NCBI RefSeq assembly: GCF_011386835.1
Contig: NC_088791.1
Span: forward strand, 355,198,001-355,262,000
DNA length: 64,000 nucleotides
From: Chrysemys picta bellii
Taxonomy: Eukaryota
Reading direction: 5' to 3'
The notes beneath the pieces were generated by a model. That model was not told where the DNA came from and made no database searches. It was given only the letters and a program-made list of their open reading frames with translations. Shown here one piece after another: positions 48,600 through 61,932 of this stretch. Within the stretch, counting starts at the first letter, position 1. Every line of letters begins with the position of its first letter. The position numbers and the translations under genes were made by a program.

Positions 48600-51500
48600 A
48601 GCACAGGGCAGCCATATCAATTGATCTGGAGCATTGGTAAGAATATTGACATTGGTAAATCTATTAATACAGTCAGGGAATGCAGGCCCGACCCACAGTC
48701 TGGGGAACTATATTATGCAGTGCAATAACCATGAAAAGGATTTAGAGGTCATTGTTTAAAACCAACTGAAAAGGCCAAAAGGACTGATGCAATCCTCGGA
48801 GGCATAAAAAGGGGAGTGGTGAGTTGGAGCAGAGGAAGGATTTTACCTCTGTACATGGGGAAACCATGGCGAAACCAAATGCATCCAGTTCTGGGGTTCA
48901 CATTTTAAAAGGATGTTGGAAAATTGGAGAGGATGCGGAAAAGAGCCACAAAAATGATTGGCAGCTGGAGGAAATGCCGGACCGTGAGAGACTTGAAGGG
49001 TTTCATCTTTTTAACTTATCAAAAAAATTATCAAGCTGACACTTTCATGGGGAGAAACCTGTGCGTAGTGATGGCCTCTGTAATCTAGAGGAGAAAGGCA
49101 AAGCAAGGCGCAATGGGTGGAAGCTGAATGTGGACAAATTCCAGCTAGAAATAATGGCCAAATGTTCAGCACTGAGGGTGGTTAACAGGTTGGAACAAAC
49201 TGAGAAGGGAAGTGGTGGATTCTCCAATTCTCCGTGTTGGCAGATCCAGACTGAATGCTTTATTGCAAAATCTGCCTGGAGGCTTGTCTACAATTAAAAC
49301 GCTATAGCAGCGCTGCATTAGTGCTTCTGTGTAGACACTACTTACACCACAGGCAGGGTTTCTTCCATCAGCATAGGTAATCCACTTCCCCAAGAGGTGA
49401 TATATAGGTGGATGTAAGAATTCTTCCGTCTACCTTCTCATGACAAAGATGACAAAGTAGTGAAATACACGCTTTATGATCAAAGACAGGAAGAACTGGG
49501 TATGTTTAGTTTGGAATAGAGGAGATTAAGAGAGGACGTGATAGTAGTCTTCAAATACTTCAAAAGGCTGCCATAAAGATCTGGAAGAAAGTTGTTCTGT
49601 CTTACCACTGAGAGAAGGAGAAGAGGCAATGTGTTCAATCTCCAGCATAGCAGATTTAAATTAAATCTAATGAAAAACTTCCTAACTGTAAGAACAGGAG
49701 GACAATGGAACAGATGTCCAAGATAGTTATGGAAGCTCCTTGAATAGAGGTTTTCCAAAGAAGTGTGAATAGACATCAATCTTTGATGACTAAGACACAA
49801 CAAATCCTGCATCTTGGCAGAGGGATAGACTAGCTGACCCCTGAGGTCCTGTCTAACCCTCTGGTCCTGGGTAGCTGGGTGAAAATTAATGGGCTTGTGT
49901 TAAAGAGAATGTATGAGTGGATAATCTAATGGTCCGTTCTGATATTAAACCATATTGGACTATTGATAAAGAAAGTAGAAAAGTAGAGCAGGGAAATATA
50001 TTTACTGTGTCTCATAACACACAGACAAGGGAACATTCAGTTATATTTCAAGCCGGAACATATAACACTGATAAAAAAAAAACTTGTTAACATAATGCAA
50101 ATTTGACCTGTGGAACTTCTTGCCAATGACATTATTGAAGCAAAGAGCTTAGCTGAATAGGATACACAAAGGGTTTGGTCATTGTACGTGGTTCTGGTGG
50201 TATCACCTTTAGGTAATACTGTCTGAAACCTTCAAAACGAAGACCTCATTTTCAGTTGCTTATATGTTTGTTTGCCAAATTTTAGGCATTGGGACTGAAA
50301 TTTCTCTAGCTGCATGTCTGCTTCCAGCAGAATTGTTTTTTGACAGTTTACAGAATAACAGTTCAACAGACTTCTCAAAACAAACTAGGACAAAATATGT
50401 CTTGCCCATGCTGAAATTTGTTTCTGGTTGTTCCAATGAGGAGCCCCCCTAGCACCTCCATGCATTCCAGCAGATAAACGTCAGGTAACAGTTCCCTGAT
50501 TAAAAGCCACAGCTCTGAAATGCAAGAGGAGGAGGTGACAGTGTCACTGCATTAACACACAACTGGCTCCTGAGGTCTTTATTAAGTCCTGATTCCAAGG
50601 GGAGATTTGCCTCATTGGGACTTGAACTAAGTACGGGCCACGGTCTCAGAATTCTGCCTTGTATTGTACATTTACTAACACCTTTCAGCCTGAAGGATCC
50701 ACCGTGCCACTGAAATGCAGCCACTTTGGTGCCGCAGGCCATCAGCTGGTATGGGCAGAGGTACATAGAGAAGAGTAACATTTTGGCCAATGATACTGGA
50801 GCAAACTCACCACGTATGGCAAGGACCCTGGGATGTTTTATGGCTGCACCGAGTGGAAAAGACCACAGACTGGCTCTCTATCTCATCACACCCATGTTGC
50901 ACTCGGTTTGTCAAGATGCGACCTCCTCAGCAAGAGATGGGTACCTGTGAAGTTTGAAACAGAAGTGTCATGCCTGGGAATCCCCCTCAGGTAGCTGTGT
51001 CCCACGTCTCTCTCACCCCAGCATCTGTAGCAACATCACACGCCGAGAGCCAACACAGGGGTTTGCACCATTTATAAAATAGTTCTATGCAACCCAGTGG
51101 GGTTTACTCGGCCTCTAGGGGAGAAGCAGCATCAGAATGCAAAGAGGCTGGAGACAAGCCTGTCTCCACTTCTGTGCTAATTATCCAGCTTAAAGAGTAA
51201 ACAGTAATTAAGGGAGCTTCTGAAAAGGAGGGAGAAAACTAGGGATAATGCCTAGAGCTCCATAGGGTCTGAAACCCTGTAAATCCTCAGTAGGGATAGA
51301 TAGATAGTAGACAGACAGAGCTGGAGAGAGATGACTGGGGGGGGGGGGGCAAAACACTTTTAGCAAATACACAGGGCTATTGCTTTGGTATCACCAATCA
51401 GTAATTCTCATCAGTAACTATCATCATATTGTGCAGCACCTTTCATTGAAGAATCTTGAAAACACCTAGCAAAGGAAAGTCACTTTGAACATATCCCAAT

Positions 51501-52719
51501 TATACAGATAGGTAAACAGAGGCACAGGGAAAAGGGACTTGGCACAGGTCACACATAGATTGAGTGGCAGGATGACAGGCAAAACCCAGAATCCTGACTT
51601 CCCTGCCTTAACCACGGTCTGTCCCTCATGCCAAAAGGGAAATGGACTCCCGCTCTGGCAGGACTGTTCATTATGTGGGATGGGCCGAAAGGCTGGATGA
51701 GCACAGCCTGAGTTTGCATGATCCTCTCATAGTGAATCTGAGGTTTTCTGAACTTGCTGGAGTTTGTGAGCTCCCCACTCCCGGGAAGGATGAACTACGG
51801 GTGTCCACTTCTGCTCCCACTCAGATACCTGCCGACAAATCACAGTCACTGGGGTTACTTTGGGGGAACAGACTCAGTAAAAGCAACACTAATAAAATCT
51901 TCCTAGAGATAGTGACCTTGTCTGCCCCCCAAAGGTGCTATGGAAAAAGGGGTGCCCTATAGACAGGATGGAGACTGGATTAGTGTTTGCACCGGATTTG
52001 TTCTTGCCCTCTCTCTTCATTTCCTCCCAGCCTCTCCCTGGTGGAACTGAAATTTAATGTTTCAGTCTGAGTCAGACTTCCCATGACTGCTCCAGTTTCA
52101 TGGTGTTTGGATTCCCATAGCCGAACACTGTGCCTGCTCATCAGGCTAATCTGGGGTATTTCTCCTATGCAGAGCACCTGAGCTTTTAAGTACTGGAATG
52201 AGACTGAACAAATTTTCCTGTCTGTACTGAACAGGGGTGCTGTATCCACCTGTATTCAAGTACTAACACTCTGTAGCTGGAAACCATAGTTTGACTTTCA
52301 TCTGTAGCTATGGCAAAGGGATGCTAGGACTTGATTTATTTTCTGTATCAATAGACTCATAGGGTTCAAGGTCAGAAGGGACCATTAGATCATCCAGAAT
52401 GACATCCTGTATAACATGTGCCATTCCATTTCTCCCATATACTTCTGTATTGAGCTTCGTAACTAGTGTGTGATTAAGATCTGGTCTACACAGGATTTTA
52501 TATGATCAGCTTGTGTGACCCCCTGCCAGGATGCAGGATTTTTTGCATCTAAACCATCCTAGACACATGATTATCCAGCTTTTTTTTTTTTTGGAAAAGC
52601 TCCAGTGAGGTTGCTTCCATGACTTCCCGAGACATCTGTCCCCATTGTCACCTACTTTCAATGTATAGAAACATGGTAGAAAAGTATGTATATGGTAATT
52701 GGGGCCATTCCATGTTAGA

Positions 52720-53340
52720 TAGTCTAGAGCTTTGAAATGTAGACTTGTATTGTTAAACAATTGGAACAAGAGAGTGACTCTAGTAATCTGCTTACATATA
52801 GTGAGATAGAGCTTAACCATGTAACCAAATGGTTCCTGTGTAAGTCTGTATTCCATTAATTCAAAGATCAAAATGAAATACTATTGGATAAAAATTGTGT
52901 GTAATAATATCATTGTCTATATGTCTCTTTAAAGCTTATGGTAAACTGTCTAGAAACTGCTTAATGGATAATTATGTTATGTTAATCAAGGTAGTTAATT
53001 ACTGGTGATGTTTAGGAAATAGAAGGTTACTTCAAAAGTGTATTGTTCACCTAAGGACTGTTGTGCTGCCCAGGAACTGTATAAAGGGCTCCTGGTACCT
53101 GATCCTTTTTACTTCAGATCTGCTTAAGCTTCATCAGGGGAAGCTAGAGACACAAGTTTGTGGTCTCCAGTTACAACCTAGGTCTCCCTGAATTAAGTCT
53201 GTTTGTATAATGATCTTTTAATGAATACTCTCTTTTCTTTAGTTTTTTTTTTAATAAATCTTAATTCAGTTAATAAGATTTGGCTGTAAGTGTGTATTTG
53301 GGTAAGATCTGAAATATTCACTGATCTGATTTTGGAGGTG
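52720..53340 (+). mobile_element. LTR-like fragment
   Basis: TGTATAAAGG (~53080), CTTAAGCTTCATCAGGGGAAG, AATAAA (~53255); ends not resolved. Confidence 0.4.
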
Positions 53341-53379
53341 ATGTGGCAGTCCTTTGAGGTTGATACAGAATTTTAAATT

Positions 53380-54330
53380 ATAGAATTATGGAAGACTAGG
53401 GATTGAAAAAACCTCAGGACTCCATCTTTTCCAACCAGTGCTAAAAGCAGGACCAACTCTATCTAAATCATCCTAGCCAGGGCTTTGTCGAGCCGGGCCT
53501 TAAAAACCTCTAATGATGGAGATACCACCACTACCCTAGATAACCCATTCCAGTACTTCACCACCCTCCCGGTGAAATGTTTTTTTTCTAATATCCAACC
53601 TACACCTCTCCCACTGCAACTTGAGACCATTGCTTTTTGTTCTGTCCTCTGCCACCATAGAGAACAGTCTAGCTGTAACCTCTTTGGAAAACCTCTTCAG
53701 CTAGTTGAAGGTTGTTTTGAAATCCCCCTTACTCTTCTCTTTTACAGACCAAAGAAGCCCAGTTCCCTCAGCCTCTCATCGTAAGTCATGTACCCAGCCC
53801 CTTAATCATTTATTGTCCTCCAATGGATTCTCTCCAATTTGTCCAATCCTTTCTGTAGTGGGGGGCCACAAAACTGGACATAATACTCCAGATAAGGCCT
53901 CACCAGTTCCAAATAAAGGGGAATAATCATTTTCCTCATTCTGCTGGGAATGCTCCGACTAATGCAGCTCATTATACCTTTAGCTTTCTTGACAACAAAG
54001 GCACACTCTTGACTTATGTGCAACTTCTCTGTAATCCCCAGGTTGCTTTCTGCAGAACTGCCACTTAGCCAGTTAATCTGCAGCCTGTAGCAATGCATGC
54101 AAGACTCTGCATTGTCCTTGTTGAACATCATCAGATTTCTTTTGTCCATATCCTCCAATTTGTCTAGGTCACTCTGGATCCTATCCCTACCCCTAAGGGT
54201 ATCTACCTCTCCCCCAAGATTAGTGTCATCCACAAACTTGCTGAGGGTGAAATCCATCCTATCTTCCAGATCATTAATGAATATGTTCAACAAAACAAGC
54301 CCCAGCACTGACCCCAGGGCACTCCGCTTG
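53380..54330 (-). mobile_element. CR1 ORF2 3' fragment
   Basis: ORF 53802-54308 LNIFINDLEDRMDFTLSKFVDDTNLGG. Confidence 0.92.
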
Positions 54331-54649
54331 ATAAAATCATCATCATAATTGACTTTTCTATCCTGGTGGAAACCAAACGCGCGGTTGCTGTAAGCGAACT
54401 GTATTTTGTTTTCTGTGTAATCAGTAAATCATTGTGAAAGCTGTTCTGTTGCTGGCTTGGGAAATACAAGTGTTAGAATAACCACCCATTTGGGTCAGTT
54501 CCAGTCTTTGCAGTTTGCCCTAATTGGTTAAATTCACTGTGGACCACCCTGGAACCCCAGTAACAAGATGCTAAAACTATTATTTTACTTTAGAGAGCAC
54601 TAGAGACACCCACATCCAGGTGAACACATCATGTCCTACCTTAGTGACC

Positions 54650-55610
54650 ATGAGAACTATCGTACTGGGTCAGACCAAAGATCTTTCTAGTCCAGTATCC
54701 TGTCTTCTGACAGTGGCCAATTCCAGGTGACACAGAGGGAATGAAAAGAACAGGCAATGTCCGCCAGCACCCATTCCCAGCCTCTTGCAAACAGAGGCTA
54801 GGGACAACACCTCTTCCCATCCTGGTTACTATGCATTAATGGACTAATCATCCATGAATATCTCTAGTTCGTTTGTGGCAAAGAGTTCCAGAGGCTGACA
54901 GTGAGTTGTGCGAAAAAATACTTCCTTTCATTTGTTTTAAACCTGCTACCTATTAATTTCATTGGGTGACACCTAGTTCTTGTGTTATGAGAAGGAGTAA
55001 ATAACATTTCCCTATTTACTTTCTCCACACCAGTCATAATTTTATAGACTTCTCGCATACCCCCCTTAGTCATCACTTCTCCAAGCTGCCAACTCCCGTC
55101 TTTTTCATCTCAAATCATACCGAAATTGTTTGATAGCCCTAATCATTTCTCTTGCCCTTCTCTGTACCTTTCCCAATTCAAATATATCTTTTTATTAGAT
55201 GGGGCAATGAGATCTGCATACAGTATTCAATATGTGGGCATAGCATAGGTATAGATAGAGGAAATATATTTTCCCTCCTATTATCTCTCCCTTTCCTAAT
55301 GATTCCCAACATTCTGTTGGCTTTTTGGACAGCCGCTGCATATTGAGTGGATGTTTTTGGAGAACTATCCACAATGACTTCAAGGACTTTCTTGAATGGT
55401 AAAAGCTAATTTAGACCCCATCGTTTTCTTTGTATAGCTGGGAATATGTTTTCCAATGTGCATTACTTGCATTTGTCAACACTGAATTTTATCTGCCATT
55501 GTGTTGCCTAGTAATGTCGTTTTGAGAGATAATTTTGTAGCTTTTCTCAGGGACTAAACTGTCTTGAATAGTTTTGTATCATCTGGAAATTTTGCCACTT
55601 CACTGTTTAC
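54650..55610 (-). mobile_element. CR1 3' fragment
   Basis: [14 protein letters not shown]...[19 protein letters not shown]; AVQKANRMLGIIRKG. Confidence 0.88.
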
Positions 55611-55993
55611 AAGGGCTGTCAAGCAATGAATTTTTTGTTTCAACATCACCCTGGAGCATACACTGGGATATGGTCAGAGCTCTCTGGGGTGTCCAAGTGC
55701 CAACTCCTGGACCCCCTGATTTCTCCTCCAGCTGGACTCTCTGCTGCAGCCATCGCCCTGCTAGCAGAGTCCCCTCTCCGGCCCTTGTGTCTCTCTCCTA
55801 TCGCAGCTTCCTCTGGCTCATCCAGTCTCTGTGGTTTTAAAGGGCTGGACCAACACCTCCTCTCCCTGTTCCCTTTCTGGTGAGGTTCCATTCCTTCCAC
55901 GCCCATCCCTCTGCAGAGAAGCTGGAGAAAACTGTTTTTTATCTAGAATGCATTTACTCCCTTCTCTCTCCAAGTGAAATCTAATGACTACTG

Positions 55994-56055
55994 TATATCT
56001 ATATCTATATATCTATATCTATATATAGATATAGATATATATATACACACACACA
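55994..56055. repeat. Self-complementary microsatellite (TATATC)n-(GATATA)n-(TA)n-(CA)n
   Basis: Read directly; paralogous site at ~41742 has only ATATATATA. Confidence 0.9.
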
Positions 56056-56993
56056 AAGATGCCTCCTGCCCCTTACTACAAAGAGGGTGAGGGAAGAGTA
56101 AAGGAAAATCCCAAAGAAATAAGGATACAGATGGTTGGTACAATCAAATGTGAATGAATAGGGTTAAAATATCTGCTCAATGTGCAGTGGCAATCGAAAA
56201 AGTGAACAGAATGTTGGTAATCATGTAGAAAGTGTAGATAATAAGACAGAAAATATCTTATTGCCTCTATAGAAATCCATGCTATGCCCACATATTGAAT
56301 ACTGAATGCAGATCTGATCACCCCATCCCAAAAAAGATATGTTGGAATTGGAAAACGTAGGAGAAGAGGTGAAACAGATTGGGACATTTCAGCTTGCAAA
56401 ACAGATGACTCAGGGGGATATGAGAGAGATTAACAAAATCATGACAGGTGTGGAGAAATTGAATGAAGAAATATTATGTAATCCTTAACATAACACAAGA
56501 ACTAGGTGTCACCCAATGAAATTAAGAAGGAGAAGATCTAAAACAAAGAAAAAGAATTATTTATTCACAGTCAACCTGTGGACCTCTTGCCAGAGGAGGT
56601 TATGAAGGCCAAAACAATAACACAGTTGCAGTAAAATTAGGTATGTTCATGGATAGGTCAATTAATGGCTATTAGCCACGATGGGCTGGATCATGTCCCT
56701 AGGATCTGTTTGCCAGAAGCTGTGAGTGAGAGACAGGGCATGAATCACTTAATTATTACCTGTTCTGTTCATTCCCTCTGAAGCACATGGCATTGGTCAC
56801 GATCAGAAGACAGGACCCTGGGCTGGATGGAATGTTGTCTTCACCCAGTAGAGCTTTCTTATATAGAAACCATATCTATCTACCCCCTGCTGTAACCCAC
56901 TAGACTCCACTCTCCCCCGAAAGCTGAGATAGAAACCAGGAAGCTTGCTGGGGTCTCTATCTCCACAGCATTAGTAATAAAGTAAGAATATAC

Positions 56994-59900
56994 TGTGACG
57001 TTGCACTTCATATGTTTATGGAAATACGCTCATGAATGTGAATGTGTTGTAACTGGAATATTCTTTATGCAAAAGATCTCTTGTAAGGTATCATAACAAT
57101 GTTTATAAGCTACTGAATATATTCCTCCTATTTGTATGCATGTATCATTCTTGTATCTGAAGCTAAAAATATGAAGTATAACTCTCAGGTCCTATTGTAA
57201 CTCTGCAAAGTGTGGGCCATTAATGGTTGTTTAGAATCTTGATGGCTCCCAATGACCCAGACAATTGGTTGTAAATGGTTTATTTATCTGCAAACCTTCC
57301 TGTGTGGGCCAAACCAGGAACAATGGAGACTAGGGTCTTACAGTGATATGTGACCATGTTACATGATAAAGGAATCCATCTTAATCCTTTTACTTTTTCA
57401 TTGGTGAGGCGTGGGTGGGAGCCCAGAGAGATGAAAGATTCCCACCTTGTGCCAAAGCTATAAAAGAGGGCAGAGCAGGACAAAGGAGGCCACCAGTCAT
57501 GAGAAAACACCTGGTTACTACTGGAGATGTCTCCTGGATCTATTAAAGAATGTACCATGGGAAAGGATAGGGCCCAGTATAGGATGTAGGCTGGTCTGTG
57601 AGAGAAATGTATCGGAGCATCTTCGAAGGTGAGATACATCCTGTAATCAGTTTCTTAATGTATTAGGTTTAGATTTGCGTGTTTTTGCTTTATTTTGCAT
57701 TTGTGACTTATGTAGTTCTGTCTCTTATCATTTGAAACCATTGAATACTACTTTTTATACTTAATAAAATGACTTTTGTTTATTAATAAACCCAGGGTAA
57801 ATGATTAATACTTGGGGGAGCAAACAGCTTTGCACATCTCTCTATCAGTGTTATAGAAGGAGGACAATTTATGAATTTACTCTGTATAAGCATTATACAT
57901 AAGAACATAGGAATGGCCATACTGGGTCAGATCAAAGGTCCATCCAGCCCAGTATCCTGTCTACCAATAGTGGCCAATGCCAGGTGCCCCAGAGGGAGTG
58001 AACCTAACAGGTAATGATCAAGTGATCTCTCTCCTGCCATCCATCTCCACCCTCTGGCATACAGAGGCTAGCGACACCATTCCTTACCCATCCTGGCTAA
58101 TAGCCATTAATGGACTTAACCTCCAGGAATTTATCTTGTTCTCTTTTAAACACTGTTATAGTCCTAGCCTTTACAATCTCCTCAGGCAAGGAGTTCCACA
58201 GGTTGACTGTGCACTGTGTGAAGAACTTCCTTTTATTTGTTTTAAACCTACTGCCCATTGATTTCATTTGGTGGCCCCTAGTTGTTACATTATGGGAACA
58301 AGTAAATAATTTTTCCTTATTCACTTTCTCCATGCCACTCATGATTTTAAATACCTCTATCATATCCCCCCTTAGTCTCCTCTTTTCCAAGCTGAAAAGT
58401 CCTAGCCTCTTTAATCTCTCCTCCTATGGGACCCGTTCCAACCCCCTAATCATTTTAGTTTCCCTTCTCTGAACTTTCTCTAATGCCAGTATATCTTTTT
58501 TTTGAGATGAGGAAAACACATCTGTACGCAGTACTCAAGATGTGGGTGTACCATGGATTTATATAAGGGCAGTAAGATATTCTCCATCTTATTCTCTATT
58601 CCTTTGTAATGATTCCTAACATCCTGTTTGCTTTTTTGACCACCGCAGCATGCTGCTTGGACGTCTTCAGAGAACTATCCAAGATCTCTTTCCTGATTAG
58701 TTGTAGCTAAATTAGCCCCCATCATATTGGGTTATTTTTCCCAATGTGCATTACTTTACATTTATCCACATTAAATTTCATTTGCCATTTTGTTGCCCAA
58801 TTACTTAGTTTTTTTGAGATCTTTTTGAAGTTCTTCACAGTTTGCTTTGGTCTTAACTATCTTGAGCAGTTTAGTATCATCTGCAAACTGTGCCACCTCA
58901 CTGTTTACCCCTTTCTTCAGATCATTTATGAATAAGTTGAATAGGGTCAGTCCTAGGACTGACCTTGGTGGAACACCACTAGTTACCCTTCTCCATTCAG
59001 AAAATTTACAATTTATTCCTATCCTTTGTTCCCTGTCTCTTAACCAGTTCTCAGTCCATGAAAGGATCTTCCCTCTTATCCCATGATGACTTATGTTATG
59101 TAAGAGCCTTTGGTCAGGGGCCTTGTCAAAGGTTTTCTGGAAATCTAAGTACACTATGCCCACTGGATCCCCCTTGTCCACATGTTTGTTGACCCCTTCA
59201 AAGAACTGTAATAGATTAGTAAGACATGATTTCCCTTTACAAAAACCATGTTGACTTTTGCCCAACAATTTATGTTCTTCTATGTGTCTGACAATTTTAT
59301 TCTTTACTATTTTTTCAACTAATTTGCCCGGTAATGACGTTAGACTTACCAATCTGTAATTGTTGGGATCACCTCTAGAGGTCTTTTTAAATATTCACAT
59401 TACGTTAGCTATCTTCCAGTCATTGAGTACAGAAGCCGATTTTAAGGACATGTTACAAACCATAGTTAATAGTTCTGCAATTTCACATTTGAGTTCTTTC
59501 AGAACTCAACTGCCATCTGGTCCTGGTGACTTGTTACTGTTACGTTTATCAATTAATTCCAAAACCTCCTCTAGTGACACTTCATCCGTGACAGTTCCTC
59601 AGTTTTTTCACCTACAAAGGATGGCTCAGGTTTGGGAATCTCCCTAACATCCTCAGCCGTGAAGACTGAAGCAAAGAATTCATTTAGTTTCTCCGCAATG
59701 ACTTTATCATCTTTAAGTGCTCCTTTTGTATCTCGATCATCCAGGGGCCCCACTGGTTGATTAGCAGGCTTCCTGCTTCTGATGTACTTAAAAAACATTT
59801 GGTTGTTATCTTTGGAGTTTTGGGCTAACTGTTCTTTTAACTCCTTTTTGGCATTTCTTATTACATTTTTACACTTAATTTGGCAGTGTTTATCCTTCTT

Positions 59901-60412
59901 TCTATTTACCTCACTAAGATTTGATTCCACTTTTTAAAAGATGTCTTTTTATCTCTCACTGCTTCTTTTACATGGTTGTTAAGCCACGGTGGCTCCTTTT
60001 TAGTTCTTTTACTGTTTTGGTTTTTTTTTAATTTGGGGAATACATTTAAGTTGGGCCTCTGTTATGGTGTCTTTGAAAAGTGTCCATGCCGCTTGCAGAA
60101 ATTTCACTCTAGTCACTGTACCTTTTAATTTCTGTTTCACAGAGTGAAATAGATTTATTTGTGGTTTGGATCCCATTGGGAGCTCGGTGTCTGGGTGCTG
60201 GAAACAGGTAACTTGTTCAGCTGTTTTCATTTAAGGCTGCAGCGTTGGGGGCATGGCCCTGGCCTTTGGTCTACGTTGCAGAAGGCTAGCATGTCTTTCT
60301 CAACAAGACAGGGTTCTGAAAATCCCAAGCTGTCAGGGAAGACTGGCTCAGAGGTAATTTCAACACATCAGATGACAGTCCCAGGGGGATCTCTGTGACC
60401 GATACTGTCACA
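56994..60412 (+). mobile_element. Solo LTR split by a 2.2-kb CR1 (LTR parts 56994-57899 and ~60138-60412)
   Basis: TGTGAC...GTCACA ends; perfect 5-bp TSD TATAC (56989-56993 / 60413-60417); CTATAAAAG ~57478; AATAAA ~57762. Confidence 0.85.
57900..60137 (-). mobile_element. CR1 ORF2 RT fragment with 3' tail, the longest CR1 in the window
   Basis: SLTSLPGKLVEKIVK...QHGFCKGKSCLTNLL...YLDFQKTFD...FADDTKL (58801-59352) plus ORFs 58097-58390 and 59571-59930; frameshifted. Confidence 0.95.
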
Positions 60413-60984
60413 TATACATTAAAATTTTAATCCTAAACTGTGTTCCTTAAGTGACTTTCCACAAGTTGTCTATACGTGTTTGTATTAGAGCTGAGTGGGT
60501 TTAATATTCATTTACTTTTCTTTCTTTTATATAGAAATTATATACTTTTCTTCTGCCAGAAAATTAGAAGGTTAAAGTGGCAACGCCTAAAAAAATCTGA
60601 AATGGCTCCCATCACCTGGGGTGGGGAGAGTGGAGGAATACAGTGACTGACAAGGGGAGGGGAAGAGAGGAACAAGCAACAGAAGTGGGGCCTTTGTGAG
60701 GAAGAGGCACAACAGGGAAGGAGTCTTGTTGGAAGAGCCAGGGTAGGGGGCGGGCCTGCGGGGGTCCAGTTTTCAGTAATTAAAAAGGTTTCAAACCAGT
60801 GAATTGTACATAGACTGATTCCCCAGTTTGTCATACTGACACAGCACAATAAGGTCATAAAAGGATTTAATGTCTCTCTGACTGTCCAGGAAGTGATTCA
60901 GGAAAGGGGGCCCATCACCATGTTACCAACCATCTCTACACACCAGCCATCTCTATACAGAGCCAGGGCACCAGAATAAAACAT

Positions 60985-61932
60985 TTAGGTCCCTTTACGA
61001 GTAAAGAGCTTGAGCAGCCTGTCCCGGATCTGTTTTGTCCTTACCCCATAGATGATGGGGTTAAGCAAGGGGGGCACCAGAAGATACACATTGGCAATGA
61101 GAACAAGGACATGTAGGGGCACTTTGTCACCAAACCGGTGCATGAGGGAGTAGAAGAATTCTGGAAGGTAGAAAGATAATATGCAACAAAGGTGGGAGCC
61201 GCAGGTCCCAAAAGTCTTGAGGCGGGCGTCCTTTGTGGGAAGGCTGAAGATGGCCCTGAGGATCTGGATATAGGAAACGGTGATAAAAAACAGATCCAGA
61301 CCTGCTACAGAGAAGAGCACAAGGAGGCCGTAGTAACTACTGATGCGCGTGTCGGCACAGGCCAGATTTACCACAGCTATGTGCTTGCAGTATGTGTGGG
61401 GGATGATGTTGGTTCTGCAATATGGCCACTGCCTCACTAGTAAGGGAAAGGGCAATGCAATTATGCCACAGCGCAGCACCACGGCTAGTCCAACCTTGGC
61501 CACAGCACAATTTGTCAGGATGGTGGAATGTCTCAGGGGATCACAGATGGCCACGTAGCGATCAAAAGCCATGGCCATGAGGATCCCAGACTCCATCATT
61601 AAGAAGAAGTGAATGAAGTACATCTGGGTGAGGCAGGCATTGAAATCTATCTCCCTGGAATTGAACCAGAAGTTACTCAGCATTTTGGGCACGGTGGCCG
61701 TGGACAGGACCAGGTCGGTGACGGCCAGCATGCAGAGGAAATAGTACATGGGCCCATGGAGGCTCTGCTCTATCTTTACGATGAACAGGATAGTGACGTT
61801 CCCCAAGATGGCTATGATGTACATGGTGCAGAAGGGGATGGAAATCCAGACATGGGATGCCTCAAGACCAGGAATGCCCTGCAGGATGAAGGTGGAGGGG
61901 TTGGTGATGTCGGTTGTGTTGGAGTCTGACAT
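60985..61932 (-). CDS. Olfactory receptor, OR52-like (gene 6), 315 aa
   Basis: LHGPMYYFL, MAFDRYVAICDPLRH, HTYCKH, KTFGTCGSH, HRFG, PPLLNPIIYG. Confidence 0.95.
   Translation of the reverse strand: MSDSNTTDITNPSTFILQGIPGLEASHVWISIPFCTMYIIAILGNVTILFIVKIEQSLHGPMYYFLCMLAVTDLVLSTATVPKMLSNFWFNSREIDFNACLTQMYFIHFFLMMESGILMAMAFDRYVAICDPLRHSTILTNCAVAKVGLAVVLRCGIIALPFPLLVRQWPYCRTNIIPHTYCKHIAVVNLACADTRISSYYGLLVLFSVAGLDLFFITVSYIQILRAIFSLPTKDARLKTFGTCGSHLCCILSFYLPEFFYSLMHRFGDKVPLHVLVLIANVYLLVPPLLNPIIYGVRTKQIRDRLLKLFTRKGT

Larger units (their letters stand above)
45400..51615 (-). repeat. Inverted paralog of ~30300-36400 (OR with 5' and 3' flanks)
   Basis: MIR, promoter block, CR1 and MITE remnants, OR and 3' flank appear in mirror order. 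Confidence 0.85.

Noticed and set aside
58801-59352. RT-like ORFs (also 1023-1652, 13523-13978, 53802-54308) as functional or domesticated genes
   Set aside because: They are fragments of frameshifted, 5'-truncated CR1 copies.
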